64,000 bases of DNA from Raillietiella orientalis. Taxonomy: Eukaryota. The stretch's first letter is position 1; every line of letters starts with the position of its first letter. Both the position numbers and the translations under genes were made by a program. Location of the stretch: contig JAYWIR010000010.1 of NCBI GenBank assembly GCA_036172245.1, forward strand, positions 3,286,001-3,350,000, in the 5' to 3' direction. The notes beneath the pieces were generated by a model that had not been told where the DNA came from, did no database searches, and saw only the letters and a list, made by a program, of their open reading frames with translations. This document shows positions 50,585 through 64,000 of the stretch, piece after piece.

Positions 50585-50719
50585 GTTTTCTATTGAGCAG
50601 ACTAGTCCAATGCTGGATCCAATGTCCATGTAGTACAGCCGGCTACCAAGAATCGATGCCTCAGGAACAAGTACATAAAGATATACGAAGGAAGACGAGA
50701 TTCCGTTTCCAACTGACAC
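50585..50719 (-). CDS. Dpr/zig-8-like protein, internal exon (end of Ig1, start of Ig2)
   Basis: Encodes VSVGNGISSSFVYLYVLVPEASILGSRLYYMDIGSSIGLVCSIEN, continuing YECQ|VS and giving the VP.A.ILG...GS.I.L.C motif. Acceptor ctctttcacag|, donor |gtaagc; 135 nt, phase 0-0, in frame with both neighbouring exons. Confidence 0.9.
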
Positions 50720-53700
50720 CTGTGAAAGAGATGTACTCTTGCGGGAGTAATGGATAAAAGATTCACTAAAAGTATCCCCACCCGAAGTCTTAGAACGTGG
50801 CTTTCGCATTCGGACAACGCATCTCTCGTGTAGGAAAAAACTTCATTTGTACCAGAATGCGCGGAATCTTTTCTCCCGAAGCACACGGTGGCAAGCGCAT
50901 TCGAGTCAGGTGCTTAGTGGTGGGATGCTGGGAGAAAATGCTTTCACTCTATCCATCAAATGGTGAGTATTCGGTTAGCCCCGTGTGTACGATCTCAGAC
51001 TGTTTCGAACTTTTAGAATTCTCCGGAACGAGATCTCCAGCGAAACAGACCAGCGTGGGCTCTTCTTCCATTCATGCCAAGAAGAAAAAACGCCAAGCAA
51101 GATGCATGACGTTTGTGAGCGAAGGAAGCTCAAAAAGGCGTCTAGAAAAGGGACGAAAATAAATGAGCGGTGACGCTGAAAGGAACAGATGCACCTGCGA
51201 TTAATAACAGCCTGGAATGAATAATATGACTGATTATTATGCTGCGATGGAATGATCAGTATTTCGAAACACTGTTACGGATTGTCTCGAAATATCGTGG
51301 TGAAAAAAGAGCGAGCTACGAAATTATCCCGGAGAAGCTGGATAGTTCCAGGTTGTGTGAGCTAGTGGGAGCGCCAGAGTTTCGATTTTGAGGAAGTTTT
51401 AAAAAAGCGAGAGATGCAGCCTGGTTTAGAGAGGCTTCTATTGGTTTCACTTTTCTTAAGAGATCTCAGGTCCTCTTGGAAATCACTTTGAGACTGGAAA
51501 TAAAGGCTCACGTAATTAAAAAGCCTTGGCTCTGAGCAGATTATGAAACAGGGATAATGTGTAGCTCATTCGCAAAAAATGAAGCAAGAAATGGACGCGT
51601 TTCTTGTTGTCATGCCTTCTTCCTGCCGCGCTGACTTTCAGCATGCTGGTGAATGCAAAGCATTTAAGCAGTGCGGCAGAAACGAAGAGTTCCTTCTGCA
51701 AAAGCTCCTCAAGACCGCTCCAAGAGATACGATGCCCAAGAGTTGAAATCCAAAAATCCTTGTTGCTGAATTAGCAATTTCCCTGGGTGGTCCTTCTCCC
51801 TGTTCCGCAGTGGTTTCGAAAACATGAGTCCTCCATGTTTCATGCGCGCCTTTTGAGGCTGCCAAAGTTGAAACAACCGACTGCCAGTTCAACGCTGGTG
51901 GATCAGAAAAATTCTTCATCTCCTTCAACACTTTTTGGAAGCCCAAGATGGGCCGAAGCGGAACACTAAATTCATTGAGGTACAAGGTTCACAGAGAGAC
52001 AGTGAGAAACAACGAGGATTTTCGAGATGAAAAATGGAAGAGTCAGTGGTTTGGGCATTTGTTTCCTCTGTTGAAATTAGAAGCTACTTCCAGGAATGTC
52101 GACAGGCTTCTGAGAAATCAAATGGAGAATTTTTTTTCAGTCACAGCTTCCTCTGAGAAGCATCGAGACATAGCCTGCTTTTATGAGATACAGCAAGGCA
52201 GTTTCCTCTTTTATGAACCTCTATGTGAGATCGCGCATAGAACTGCGAACAAATTAAAGAAAAGAATGTCTTTCAATCTGAGATGCAACATACAAGAATC
52301 GGCACTGAGGGCTGTTCCATATCTGAGTTTCAGATGTGAGGAAGTCTTTGTTTTTGTTTTTCATTTGCTCTTATTTCGATTTTATCGTTTTGATGAAATT
52401 TCTTGCCCCGTGAAAGGGAAGCAGCACGATGGGTTAAGCACCCAACATTCACGCTAAATGCGATTGGATTTTCTTCACGTCTGTTATACATCTTAAATGC
52501 ACTACTATCTGGTGTTAGCAGCCTAGCCCTGAAGCAAAATCCAGGAAATCCTGCACGTCCAACTCGAGCTCCCCAGATGAACTAACATCACACTCCCAAT
52601 CGGACTGCTTGGTCCTTCACTGGGCTACTCATATCGCCCATAAGACTGCATACCCCATAGGATCTGCCCAGAGATCTGCAACGTCCCTCATTCCCATGTA
52701 GAAGAGAGCAAACTTTCCATTTAAACGGAATCGGACGTGGTTTTTAATCTGCGGCTATCGCTAACAAGAGGGCTTGGGTATTGGGGAGTCCGCTGTGGGA
52801 TAGGGAAGCAACCATCCTAAATACTCCTTGTTTGAAACTGACCGCAAAGTACTCAGATTAGGGATCTTGCCGAAAATCTTTGAATTCTTGAAAACTAGAA
52901 AACGAATATTTCTGGAAATTGCGTATCGGGCCTTTCAAAAGCCAGGAGCGGAGCAAGCTCCCAAGACGTTGACTCATTTGGTAGTCATTGTCCGTTACTG
53001 ACTTTCGACCATTGATGATTTCGACCGTTGAAGATTTTCGTGATCAGCTCTACCAAAATGCTTGAGCGGAAACATCAGATCAAAAAATCGTTTGCTACCC
53101 TAACCTCACATGTATTACCTGCCATCACAAATTTTGGGGGTCAACTCGAAACCGGTCCCTTGAATCATCCTTTAGAGCTTACGAAAGTTCAGGAAAGTGC
53201 AAATTTCTATACAAGTGGGTCCAAACTCTCTGAAACTGAAAAAAAGACAGTATGCGTTGCTTTCCGCGGCAATTGAATCAAGTTTCAGCGTTCAACTCTT
53301 TCTCGAAGATCAGATTAAGACTTCTTCTTGGAAAGAAGACACATAAAGAATATCAGGAAGAAATTCAAAAAAGGTTTCTCTCTAGAATTAAAATCAGGCT
53401 AATGTTGTACCAGCAAAACAGCAAACCCATCACAAATGGGAATGAGGCCTACATGCAATGCTAAAGAAATGAGAGAGCAGCAAGCAGCGTGCCGAAGCTT
53501 AAACTGACGTCCAGCTGCACGAAGCTGCAAATCTGGGATGAAAGAAGGATCGTTACGAATTTCTATCTGAAAGCCAAACTTGAAAGGCCCATCCTTAGAT
53601 CCTTCACCAAACACTGGAGTCACCAGCGCTTCAGTTGCCTGACCTGCGCATTCGAACTTTTCCCGGTATGGTAGTCGCGGAATTAAATCGGGAATGCTTT

Positions 53701-56700
53701 GGAAACCCATCATCGGAAAGCCATCGAAGAAAACGGATTCTTACATGTCAGCCGTAAAGGAACAAGTGGCTCTCACATACCTTGAGTACGAATGCGCATT
53801 GTATGCAAAGAGCGAGGCTTAAGGACATGCAGACGCGTTTGGGCGAACAGGGGACTGCTGCTACAGCGTGCCAGCATCCGCCGGTGGGTGTTTCTGAGAG
53901 CGGCAAGTCTAATACGGATCGCTCTTCCGCAGGGTCCGCGAGGAATCGAATGAAGTTGCCGTCATTCACATGATGAAGCCGCATCCGCCAAACTTTTTCT
54001 CATCAACGTTCGTTTGTCTCGCGTTCCTTCAGTTTCGAATTCCGGATGCACTTTTTTCGGAGTGCTGCTTGGCTTGCTTGTTTCCGCCACTTTTACCGCC
54101 ATGAGATCTTATTGAAATCAAGGAAGCGTTAACCGCGATACATCGAATGTAAAGCAACACCGCGGAACTCGAGTTTCAGAAAACTGCTAGAAAAGAAAAG
54201 GAAGCCCCAAGGAAACGAGTCAAGTGACCACCATCTGTGTGAGCTCAGCATTTCGCTCGAGTGGCTATTCCGTTCTGGTTTTAGAAATACAAGAACAAAG
54301 AGAAAGAAATTTCGCAGCCTCTCTGCGCAATGAAGGAAGGAAGGATTAACACCGAAGACATCCTCGGAATCATAGAAAGATGGAGGAAACCAAAGAACCT
54401 CAATTTCAAGGCAGGAACACAGGCTGAGCAGCTTAGAGAAGGAATAGAAAGACCGTGTGCCTGTTTAAATTTGCATATCTAGAAGATGAAGAGGCAGCGC
54501 TGATCACTATAATGAAATAATGATGATCAGAATAATAATTGTAATTGAAGTAAGCATAAAACTTCAGAATGCCTTCAGGGACCAAGTCATGAGGAAGGCC
54601 TTGAGGCCATAAAGTTCAATAAGAGAATCAAACTCAACGAAAAAAATTTGACGAAGGGCAAGAAGGATTAGCTTCCACAAAAATTCAAAATCAAAAACAC
54701 TTAGAGTGCGTCACATAGAACCTCAAATTAAAGAGCATAGAAGATAAGCAGAAACAGCGTGCTCAGCGTTTCTTTCATTAACTCGAGAATGATCTCTGAG
54801 GAGCCGATACAACGGGAGGACTCTGCACTGCTTGTAGCCCACCAACTTGTATCAAGCTTCTTAATAAAAAAAATTTCTAGCTCCTCCTAAAGTGAAACGT
54901 TTGCAGAGGTGGAATCATAAAGTATTTTCCTTTAAAAAGCAGCATCTCTGGAGAATAAGTGGGGATTAACCAGAGGCTTTCAGAATTTCAACAGTGCAAC
55001 CAAAGAGGCGTTCAACATAGAGCAGACTTAGGATCAAGAGGACGAAGAAAGATGAGAAAAATACATAGGAAATGGAACCCAATCTTAAAGTCTGGCGATG
55101 TCGTTTGTCAGGAACCACTAACTCACTTTTCGAGTGCTAAAGTAAGCAAAACTCGAAGACTCGAAAAATTCGTGCTTTTCTTCGACAGCATCTGTTGGAA
55201 GTTTGGCCAGAATGAATAGCCGCTTTTCAGTGGACGGAAAACATGGAAGATAAAATTCGCGACATGCCCTTTAGATTCTTCTTTGTCAACAAAAACGAAT
55301 TCTCCAGAGAGAAAAGGAAATGGAGCATGCGTCAACCCGCTATGTCATCAGATTCCATCGCTAGAAAGTATGGAAATTTCATGAAATTCCATCATATTTC
55401 AGAGGGAAGACCACTAGAGAAACTGTTGAAGACTACTTGGTTTCTTTTAATAGTAAATCAGGGCTGCTTTTAAAAATTTTGAGCGAATTGGTTATCGTTT
55501 CTCAAATAGTTAATTTCAAACAAAAGTAACGGACTTCTGACACAAACTGAAGGTTGCTTTTTGGAAGCCATAAGAAATCATCAAACACTTGGAGCTGTTC
55601 AAGCATCAGGAACACCATCTTGTTTCGAAACGAATTGGGCACTCTCGACCATGAGATAAGGAGCAGACCTGGTTGAAGAGTAAGAAGCGTGATTTGGAGA
55701 ACAGGAGACTCTTGAAAAGTCCTTTCTGTCCCATTTCTTTTTTATCGAAAAGAATGTGAGCGTCTTCATCCTTGACTGATAAAAACCGAGTAAAGAAAAG
55801 CAGGAACACATCCAGTTGAGGCTATGAGTAGCTCCTTGTCTAGAGGAAACCAAACCAGAGCTTTCCAAGGACAGAGTAGCCTGTACAGAGAATAGCATAG
55901 TAATTTGGATTCCCTAATCCTGCGATTGCTCTCCGTTGTGGGCGTAGTGATCATCCGAAGAGTTTCGAACGCCTTTGCGTAGGGAAGGTAAGTGTGCCGT
56001 GAACGACCTTGAATGTCATGCATACGTGTTGGATGAGAAGCGTAAACACTCCAAGGTGCTGCCCGACCATTTGGCCTAAGTCCTCTTCCGTAGAGCAGCA
56101 CTAGCTACTACACCCATCACACATTTGGACGTCAAGCAAAAACATGGCTGCCGCGTCACGAACCAGCGACATGGCTGGACAGCAGGGGTGCACTCGGCGC
56201 GAAGAAGCCTCTGGGGAAGTCGCTAGAAGTCGGGTAAGGATCGGAAATGTCGATCCAAACTGAACCGTTAGCCAAGAACTGAGTGCATGAATCGAGAATC
56301 AGGTTCGATTTGTCCCGCTCAAAGCATAAACCGGAAGGGCAAGAACTATGGAACTTTGATGTAGTACAGCACCGTGAGTGACCTTAGAAGCGTTGCCGGT
56401 GGATTTAGAGACATAAACTGCATAGCTTCTCGGTTCAGATGATTGCTTAGGAGGAATGAAGAGGCCTTTGGCAAGCTTTGGTACTCTGCTTGGAATGCAA
56501 CGAGGCAAAGCCGTTTGAAAACAGGAAAACATTTAAAAGAACTCACAGTCCTGCAAATGCTGACGAACGCACACGTTAGGATGTTTGTTCGTTTGGTTTT
56601 ACGAGTGAGAAAGAGAATCCGATCCGTGTTTACCAGGCCTCCGGCCTTTCATTCATATCTACTTCGAAACGACCTTGCTCCCAGGAAAACCAACCCTGGT

Positions 56701-57214
56701 TGAATAGGGAAACAAGTCGAAAGAAGAAGAAGCGAATCTGTAGTAATGAAAGAAGTGTCAATTTAGGATAGGAAGACTCCAGTCGCGTCTACGGAGATTC
56801 TTCAAACAACAACTGCTTATTCCATGGCTCTTATTATGGTTTAGAGCGGCTCGTTCCTTCTTTGTCTATCTTTCAAAACGCTCTTCCCTTCGTTTGCGTC
56901 CCAACTTTGGGGATTTGACAATTGCGAGAAGCGAAACCCGGAGCTGGTCTTTGGCCCGCGGCTGGCGAAACCACCGCGTAGTAGCGTCACGATTTTCAAA
57001 TCGGTTTATCCGGATCAGCCGCTGCCGCCACTCAGCAGCAGAATCTGGGATCCTTCTGAGAAAGGGGAAGGCTTCTCATTGATCCGCGTAACATGAAATG
57101 GAAAAACGAGAATTCCCTTTCCATTGCTACGCACATAGTTGTACGTTTGCGAAGGGATTTGAGCAAGAGTCACGGGGGAGATCCGGAGCAAGACACACGC
57201 GGGGGATTCCAGAG

Positions 57215-57236
57215 CTCTCTCTCTCTCTCTCTCTCT
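57215..57236. repeat. (CT)11 microsatellite
   Basis: Directly visible. Confidence 0.95.
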
Positions 57237-59049
57237 GCAAAATTCTCGAGAATCCTTTATTCCCCCTCTGGTACATGGAGGACGCCTCCGATCGAAGTGA
57301 TGATTCTACTTTGGAAATCAACACAACCGCTTTGTCGACTTCCCTGTGTTTGCTTCCGCGCCATGCGGGCCCGCCAGGTCTTCGTCACTGCAAACCGGCG
57401 TTATCACGGATGCGTTAATGAAAGCTCGGCTTTGCATCCCCCCCCCTTCCCCGGGTCTGCCTCTCTGACGGAGGAGCTGGCAGAAGTATCCCGTTCCGCA
57501 CGAACAAGTCGCTTCGCAGCCCCCCGACGGGAGTTCGCTCCAAGAATACCGCAGATGAACCATTTCCGTAGAAGAACCGTAGAAAACTACACGCTGGGAA
57601 TATTTTATCCACGCCATCTTGAATTCCTATTTCCCTTTCCTGAAGGGACAAATCCATTTTCGAGCTCCTCGTCGCGATTCCCGATCCCCGTTCCATTTCT
57701 GGAAGGACAAGTTCGTCGGGATTCGGGAGAGAAACCGGGGACTGCCGGGAGTGGTGCTGCTTTCGTGTCGGGAGAAACAGGAGCGACCGCGTTAAAAGGT
57801 TAAGAATTCGGCACAACGGAATATTCGAAAACGGAAGCGGAACTCCGTTTCTTCGCTCCACGCGCCGGGCCCACAAACAGGTGCGGGAAACTTGGACGTC
57901 CTCGTTTCTCCTTCGCCGTGATTTTAACATCCTGACGGGGTCCTGATGGATGCATTAGCGCACACTGTTTGCCTTTCGTGTGGCGGTTTGAGCACGGCAT
58001 GGGATGAACATCGTTCGGGACTGTCGAACCATTTTCATCTCGTGCCGCGCTCAAACTCGAAAAGAAAGGACCTTGTTCCTTTCTTTTTCAGCCCGGAGAA
58101 GAGGTCGGCTACCTCCGATGGAACTGGTGCCGCGCACCTCTGGTGCGAGCAGTGCTGTTGAGTGACTTCGTTACGATCACGGCTCATAGAACAGTGAATG
58201 AACAACCTCTGTACTGTTCCAAAGACTTTCCGAAGATCACCTGAAATTTGGGGAGGTGGAGGGAGAGGGTGCCGATCATGAATTTTCAAATAAAACTATT
58301 GTCACTTTCAGAAACTCCGTTCTTCGAGCACCTCTGGTCAACCACATTGAGTTTCTGCGAGGCAGCACTTCGCTTCTTCTCGAAGCAAGGCGTGATTTAT
58401 CTAGATTGCTCGAAGTCTTTGCTTCGTATTCCTCCTTTGTGCAATGGGAAAACTTTTTCGGAAACTTCCTGACCGTAAAGAAACTGGAAGGTGATAAATG
58501 AGCTAATGAGTGGAACTTATCCAGTAGCAGAATTGCACCGATGAGGCACTGCCAGTTTCATCGGCATCTCCGTCTGGTGATTTGACTGCTGATTCGTTGC
58601 TGCCCATCGTCGTTATGGCTAACTCTCAAAACAGATTGCACACATCCCTTCCGTATTTTTAGTGAGGAACAACTTTCGAGGGGGCCTGCTCGACGGTGAT
58701 GCATTCGTTCATGCATCCACACGTTCACCGTCGCGGTTCCTCCAGTTCCGTTCATTCAATAGCTGCCATATGAAGTAAAGGCAGTGGTCAATCCGATTCG
58801 GAGATTTGATGCAGTAAACGAGGACTTGGTATGACTTCACAGGCCAAGCGAGTGCACGCTTGGTCTATGGAGTCACACCAAGTCTTTCGAGTCCTGAGGT
58901 CTGGGACGATGTTTCGACAGCCATGCCAAATTCTGCAAGGATCAGCTACGCGCTTATAGAGCCGGATGCTGCGGAGTCCTTTTCATCATTCACGTGACCT
59001 GAAGAGAAGAGAGCTTCTGCTCACTTAAAAGCAAGATGAGCAAAGTAAT

Positions 59050-59960
59050 TTGGGCTTGGTAGGGGCATTTGTTTTCCCGAAATTGGACTTTCCGCCTATC
59101 GGTTAGGTAGGGTCTGATCAGCTGTGTTCACTCCAATTTGCTATGAATGGCCATTCGGCTAAAAGATCAGATCTGGGGTAGACTCCCGAAGCGACTTGAA
59201 ACCAATTCCTGGAGACTCCCAGGCAAATGCCTGCTGCACAGGGATTTGGCTGCTCCCTGGTCCAGAGAAAGATCTTTTCGTTTTATGCAAGCTACCACGC
59301 TCAATGAAACGTCTGACATGGCGAGAACCAATGGAATCTCAGCCCGAAGTATCTTTTCAGTTCCGTTACCGCGGCGGTTATGATGATTCCTCTGCCCATT
59401 ATTTTTGCTGAAGCTCAGCCTTAAAGGGTTTCTCCGGCCAAAGACTCCAGCTTGCGACCAGAAGCGACATGTCAAGCTAGCTGTTTCCAAGGGATGCAGA
59501 CTGACAAACTCTCGAAACATGCTGATCGAAGTGTAGAAAAGGAGTCCGAGCACCCAGATCTCTCATCCAAGCTCTGAGCAGTGGGATTTTTTGAAACTCA
59601 CGCTTAGCAGCACGTTCATAACATTCTTCCCAAATTGCTAAAATCATTTAACTGAGCTCGGAAGGCTTCATGAATTCCGTGACCAGGTTCTCGAGAAAAA
59701 ATCGCATTCCTTAATGGATGCCCAGTGACAGAGGCGCACCAAAATATATTCACTCATACAGCTCGCAAGTTGTGCGTCGGTTTCATTTATCTGCATTCAC
59801 TGGACTTTGCTCTTCTCAGGCTAGGCAAGCATGCTTTTGTGGATCGGAACAGCCGAGTCATCGATTTCCACGGCAACGATGCTTACTGGCAAACATATCC
59901 GGATTTCTGTTCCACAGCATCACCAAAACACCCTCAACGATTCGCTTCCTTAAGGTATCC
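59050..59960 (+). mobile_element. Possible old L1-like APE/linker fragment inside the Dpr-like intron
   Basis: PKLDF...GSDQL...NSWRLPGKCLL parallels SDH...AWRLPGDWL of the 23193-24260 ORF. Confidence 0.33.
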
Positions 59961-61987
59961 CACGATGTCGGCAGTCGATAGATGGAGAGTTCTTCATCTA
60001 AAGCGTGATGGTGCCTCCTTATTTCCTATAAATGATCGTTTAATTGCTTCTTAATAATGGCTTTCCATGGCTCCTCCACATTTGTTCTGTTCTCAGAAAA
60101 ACCTTTCTTTCCAGCTCAGGGATTTTTCCGAGTGCTAGGAAGTTCAAAAAAAAAAAAAGACACTTGAACGAGTAGCTCTCGCGGAAAATTCCTGTTTCCA
60201 TTTTCCACGGTAATCGTACGTATCCTGTGGGTGTTATTTTTTATTTTTTTTCTTTCCTTTCGTTTTGTCTCGTTAGAGGAGATGCAGTCACACCCACACA
60301 AAAAAAAAAAAAAAACATTAAGAGAAAACCAAAGTATCTGAATGCATCTGAGTACCTTTTTTTGGATTTTCATTTTCTACCGTACAAGAAAGCACGAAAG
60401 AAGCGCTGGTGCCCACAACAGGAGCACCAACGCTTCTTTCTTTCTTTTTCCCTTTCTTTCGTGCACCGGTCTTCCTTTTGGAAAGAGCTTTTCTTTCAGT
60501 TTGCTCTGCTGGACATTGTCTCTCAGAGGTGCAGAATCTCTGCATACGAAAGTCGGAGTAGGAAACACCGCTTATTTTTTGCATGTACAAGCATGGGTGG
60601 GAATCTTGGAATGGCTTGAACTCCGTTTAAACGACAAGCTGCACGCATGCCTTCTCACTTTTCATCTGGAACCGGGTTCCATGAGGGTAGCAGCAGATTT
60701 TCTCTCTTACCCACGGTGCTGAGATAGCTCTGACCCCTTGAATTCCTCTTAATTTACATGTGCTGATGCGATTTCCTCAAATATCCTGCCGTGACTCCTG
60801 AAGTGGCTCGCATTTTCGTCTGCTCATGACTCCGGCCGTGCATCAAAGACACCATTCTTCCAACTTTCCCTTTATGAATTTTTGACGAACGACCTACTGT
60901 GGTCTCTTCTCACGTCTAATGCAACCTTCTACTTTCAGTCTCGAACTTTCATTTTCTTCTCAGCATCCTCACATCCTTCTTCAAACACATTAGTCAGTTC
61001 TTATGTTTCCTCGGCACTTCCCTGTGTTGTCAATCCTGGACTTTAGGGAAGCACTCTTCAGATGAAGCCAGCTGCTTCCCTAACAGGGATACCAAAGTAT
61101 CGTGCTTCAACGCGAAGCACACAAACTTTTTCTATGAAGAAGAAGATCTCAAACACGCACGCTCACACACACACGGAAACACTCGCGATTTCTTGTGACA
61201 GTGATGTTGCTACGCTTGGTAGGAAGTGCATCCTTATTTCAACCCCTGACCTGTTCCGGTGCCATCTCTCTAGGCAAAGCAATTCTGTCTGTTGCTGGAG
61301 TGGCTTCCGATTCCTCATGCTGCATGTTCTTGTCTTTTTGGATGTCAAATTTTAATTCAATCTTCCGAATTTCCGTAGTCTCCTACCTGAAATATCAAAA
61401 GATCCTACATGCCTTCAGGCCCATATTTCTCCTTCCGTCTCCTTTACGAAATAATAAACTGCTGTATGCTCATTCCGAAAGCGGTTTCACTTGGCTCCAT
61501 ATAGTAAATCTCCATACGCACCGAGGAGATAATTAGCCTGTCACAGTAATAACTTCATGTGCTCTTCAGAAATCGTGAATCAAGAGTGCGTGTTCTCTCC
61601 TGATAGCACCAAAACCGAGCTGTGGAGGGCATGCTGCAAATCACGACCTTTCCGGCTAACGCTCCCACTTAAGAAGGAAACCTGATGGAAGAAAATCCAT
61701 CTTCCCTGAACATGAAGGCGCATCTCTTTCTACGAAACAAGCAGCTTGAAATCTGAAATTCGGACTCGGTTCGTGAGTAATTTGTTCTACGGATTTCCTC
61801 GTGCAGGGAGAGAAACGAAAAGAGAAGAAAGAGGTGGTTCTTTTCGACGAAACGACCGCACTCCTCGATCGTTCCGCATCCGATTGGGCTTCTAGGAGAA
61901 ACCATCCAGCAGCACCTTTTTCATCAAATTCTCTCCGAAAACCCAAGCACCTTGGAAACCGACATGGTTAGGTGGAAGTCTACTTAC

Positions 61988-62146
61988 TTGACACTCGTAC
62001 ATTCCTTGGTCAGATTTCCTGACGTTCTTGATCTGCAGAACCCAGTCGCCTGACTCTTCGCACAGAATTTGGAAACGTCCATCCTTAGTGTACGCAAGAT
62101 TTCCTGACGTCAGAATGTGGAAATCCGATCTTCGTATCCATGATAT
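61988..62146 (-). CDS. Dpr/zig-8-like Ig cell-surface protein, internal exon (most of Ig domain 1)
   Basis: Encodes ISWIRRSDFHILTSGNLAYTKDGRFQILCEESGDWVLQIKNVRKSDQGMYECQ, matching the Dpr Ig1 pattern SWIR..D.HILT.G...YT.D.RF...W.LQI..V...D.G.YECQ. Flanked by cag| acceptor and |gtaagta donor; 159 nt, phase 0-0. Confidence 0.92.
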
Positions 62147-64000
62147 CTGAGCCAATGAATCAGTAATCGTGCTGGAACTCAGTGACAAGTCCTTCTGGAC
62201 CGCTCTTTGACAAAAAGCGAAACGAAACGCGCTCGACCTCGCAGTGGTGCGCCATCACACCTTATGGATGATGGCACTGTACCGAAACTTGCGCAAGGCA
62301 CTTGATGTTTCGGGAACATGCTTTGTGTGGTTCAAGAAATCAAATGTTACTAAAGAACTCTGCACACACCGCGTCTCTGCAAGCAAGGTACGCTCTACAT
62401 CTCTGCATACGCGCACATTCACTACAGATGTATATACATGAGCAAACTGCACTGCTGCATGCATGGTATATTACATGCATGGTATATTACACTATTGATT
62501 ATCCGCATAGATATGTGAGCCTTAGTTGTAGTCATGATGATAGTAATATTACACAGGTAGCTTGAAGGCGTGCGAGTGAGTACATGTAGACATGTAAGCA
62601 AGTAGGCATTTAAGTTTTGCATACATTGTATATATTTCTACAAGAAGACCTATGCAGTTAACAAAAGAAAATGCGGATGGATTTATGATCTGTGGAATTT
62701 CGAAAAGTGAAGAAATGCAGCCTTTCGAGCAAGGGGAGTGAAAATCTACGGCTGCTGGATCTACCGCTGTCATTTCAAAGGCAGTTTCAGATATTGTTTA
62801 TTGGAAAAGATCAGATCTACTGTCTTGCATCAAAGCAGCCGCTTTACAATCTCCAAAATCAAAGGAGGGATTCATCTTAGAAAGCTCTCTGTTTTCAAGA
62901 GAGCTCTCTGAAGGGGTATCTAGAATGGTCTCTAGCAGCTAACTCTGGAAATGTTCCCACCAGCATGAGGAAAGTCATCCTGGACTAATCATCAGAGATC
63001 AACACAACCAGTCAGGAGAGCTGATACATAGACAGGTATGTGTAGCGTCTGACGATGTCCACGATGATGATGCAAATGATGGAAAATCCTATCCAACACA
63101 AGAATAGTGACCAGCGGAATCATCTTCATCTGCATCGTTTCCTTTTGGTTGTGGCGGCTACCATTATGGTCGAAGAAGGAAGTAAGGCGTCGTCACAAAG
63201 GAAGGATGCAGCAGCTGCTTGCTAACTTTACGCCATATCGAAACTTTTGCATTTGTGAAATCCTGTATTATGCCGTAAATTTCCTCTTTAGGAGATACGC
63301 TAGAAAATTTGGACTGTGGTGATCGCAAGCTGTAACAACATGCGAAGCCCGAATGATGATTATCCTTCTATGCATAATAAGAGTCTCAGCTGGACTGAGC
63401 TAAGTGTTTTTGTGAGTAGGAACAAAGCTGCTGCCTTCCATTCTTCCTTGATGAGCATAAGGGAACAAAAGTAAGAAGAGAAAGGTGCAAATCCCAACGC
63501 CGTCTACAGCATCTCCGATCTTGGGAGAATGCAGACTTCCCTCCTTACCTCTCAGAATACAGATAGGGAAACCCACTAGTAAACTCTGGACGAGATAAGC
63601 ATTCATTCTCGGTAAAAAATAGTAAGTGGCACCACTGCAGAGAGAATCATAATTCGTGATGCGTTATTCGAATGACTGTTTGCAACCCAATGAACGCTCC
63701 ACATTCTGTGGCAAAACAATAAAGAAATCAAGCATCAACAACCAAAAATCATTCATCAATTTCGCAGAAACCGAGAGTCATCGTAGGACTCTTCACGAGA
63801 GAGGAGGATTGCAGCCTGCTGTTGGCACTTCGATCTCACGGGATTTAAATGTTGTACTTCCGTCTTTTTCCGAGGACTTCTTTAGCATCGCCATCAGATT
63901 ATGAATGGATTACCTACTTCATTGATGATGCTTTCGTTTCCGTATTGCATCATCAGTTTTCTCAGTTGGTTACTATCATAACTGTTATTACTTGCAGCGA

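Noticed and set aside
57093..57803. 236-aa ORF inside the Dpr-like intron
   Set aside because: Crosses a (CT)n microsatellite and has no recognisable domain; likely spurious or TE-derived.

Overview
Repeat-rich eukaryotic genomic DNA, probably arthropod, judged from the Dpr-type Ig gene. Three spliced minus-strand exons (62146-61988, 50719-50585, 46585-46372) encode most of a two-Ig-domain Dpr/zig-8-like cell-surface protein. Its first and last exons were not located. The standout feature is a near-complete (~2.0 kb) endogenous CRESS-DNA (circular ssDNA) virus genome at ~34830-36840. It has an uninterrupted Arg-rich capsid ORF (-) and a divergently oriented Rep (+) with a 46-nt GT-AG intron and two premature stops. 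Between them is an intact 11-bp stem-loop origin carrying TAGTATTAC on the capsid strand. The rest is largely transposon-derived: several L1/Tx1-like non-LTR copies (one well preserved, one apparently 5'-inverted), a three-copy repeat with hairpin-rich ~40-nt units, two likely hAT transposase fossils, and an ~820-bp near-perfect inverted duplication. All family assignments rest on motifs recognised by eye; no database searches were run.
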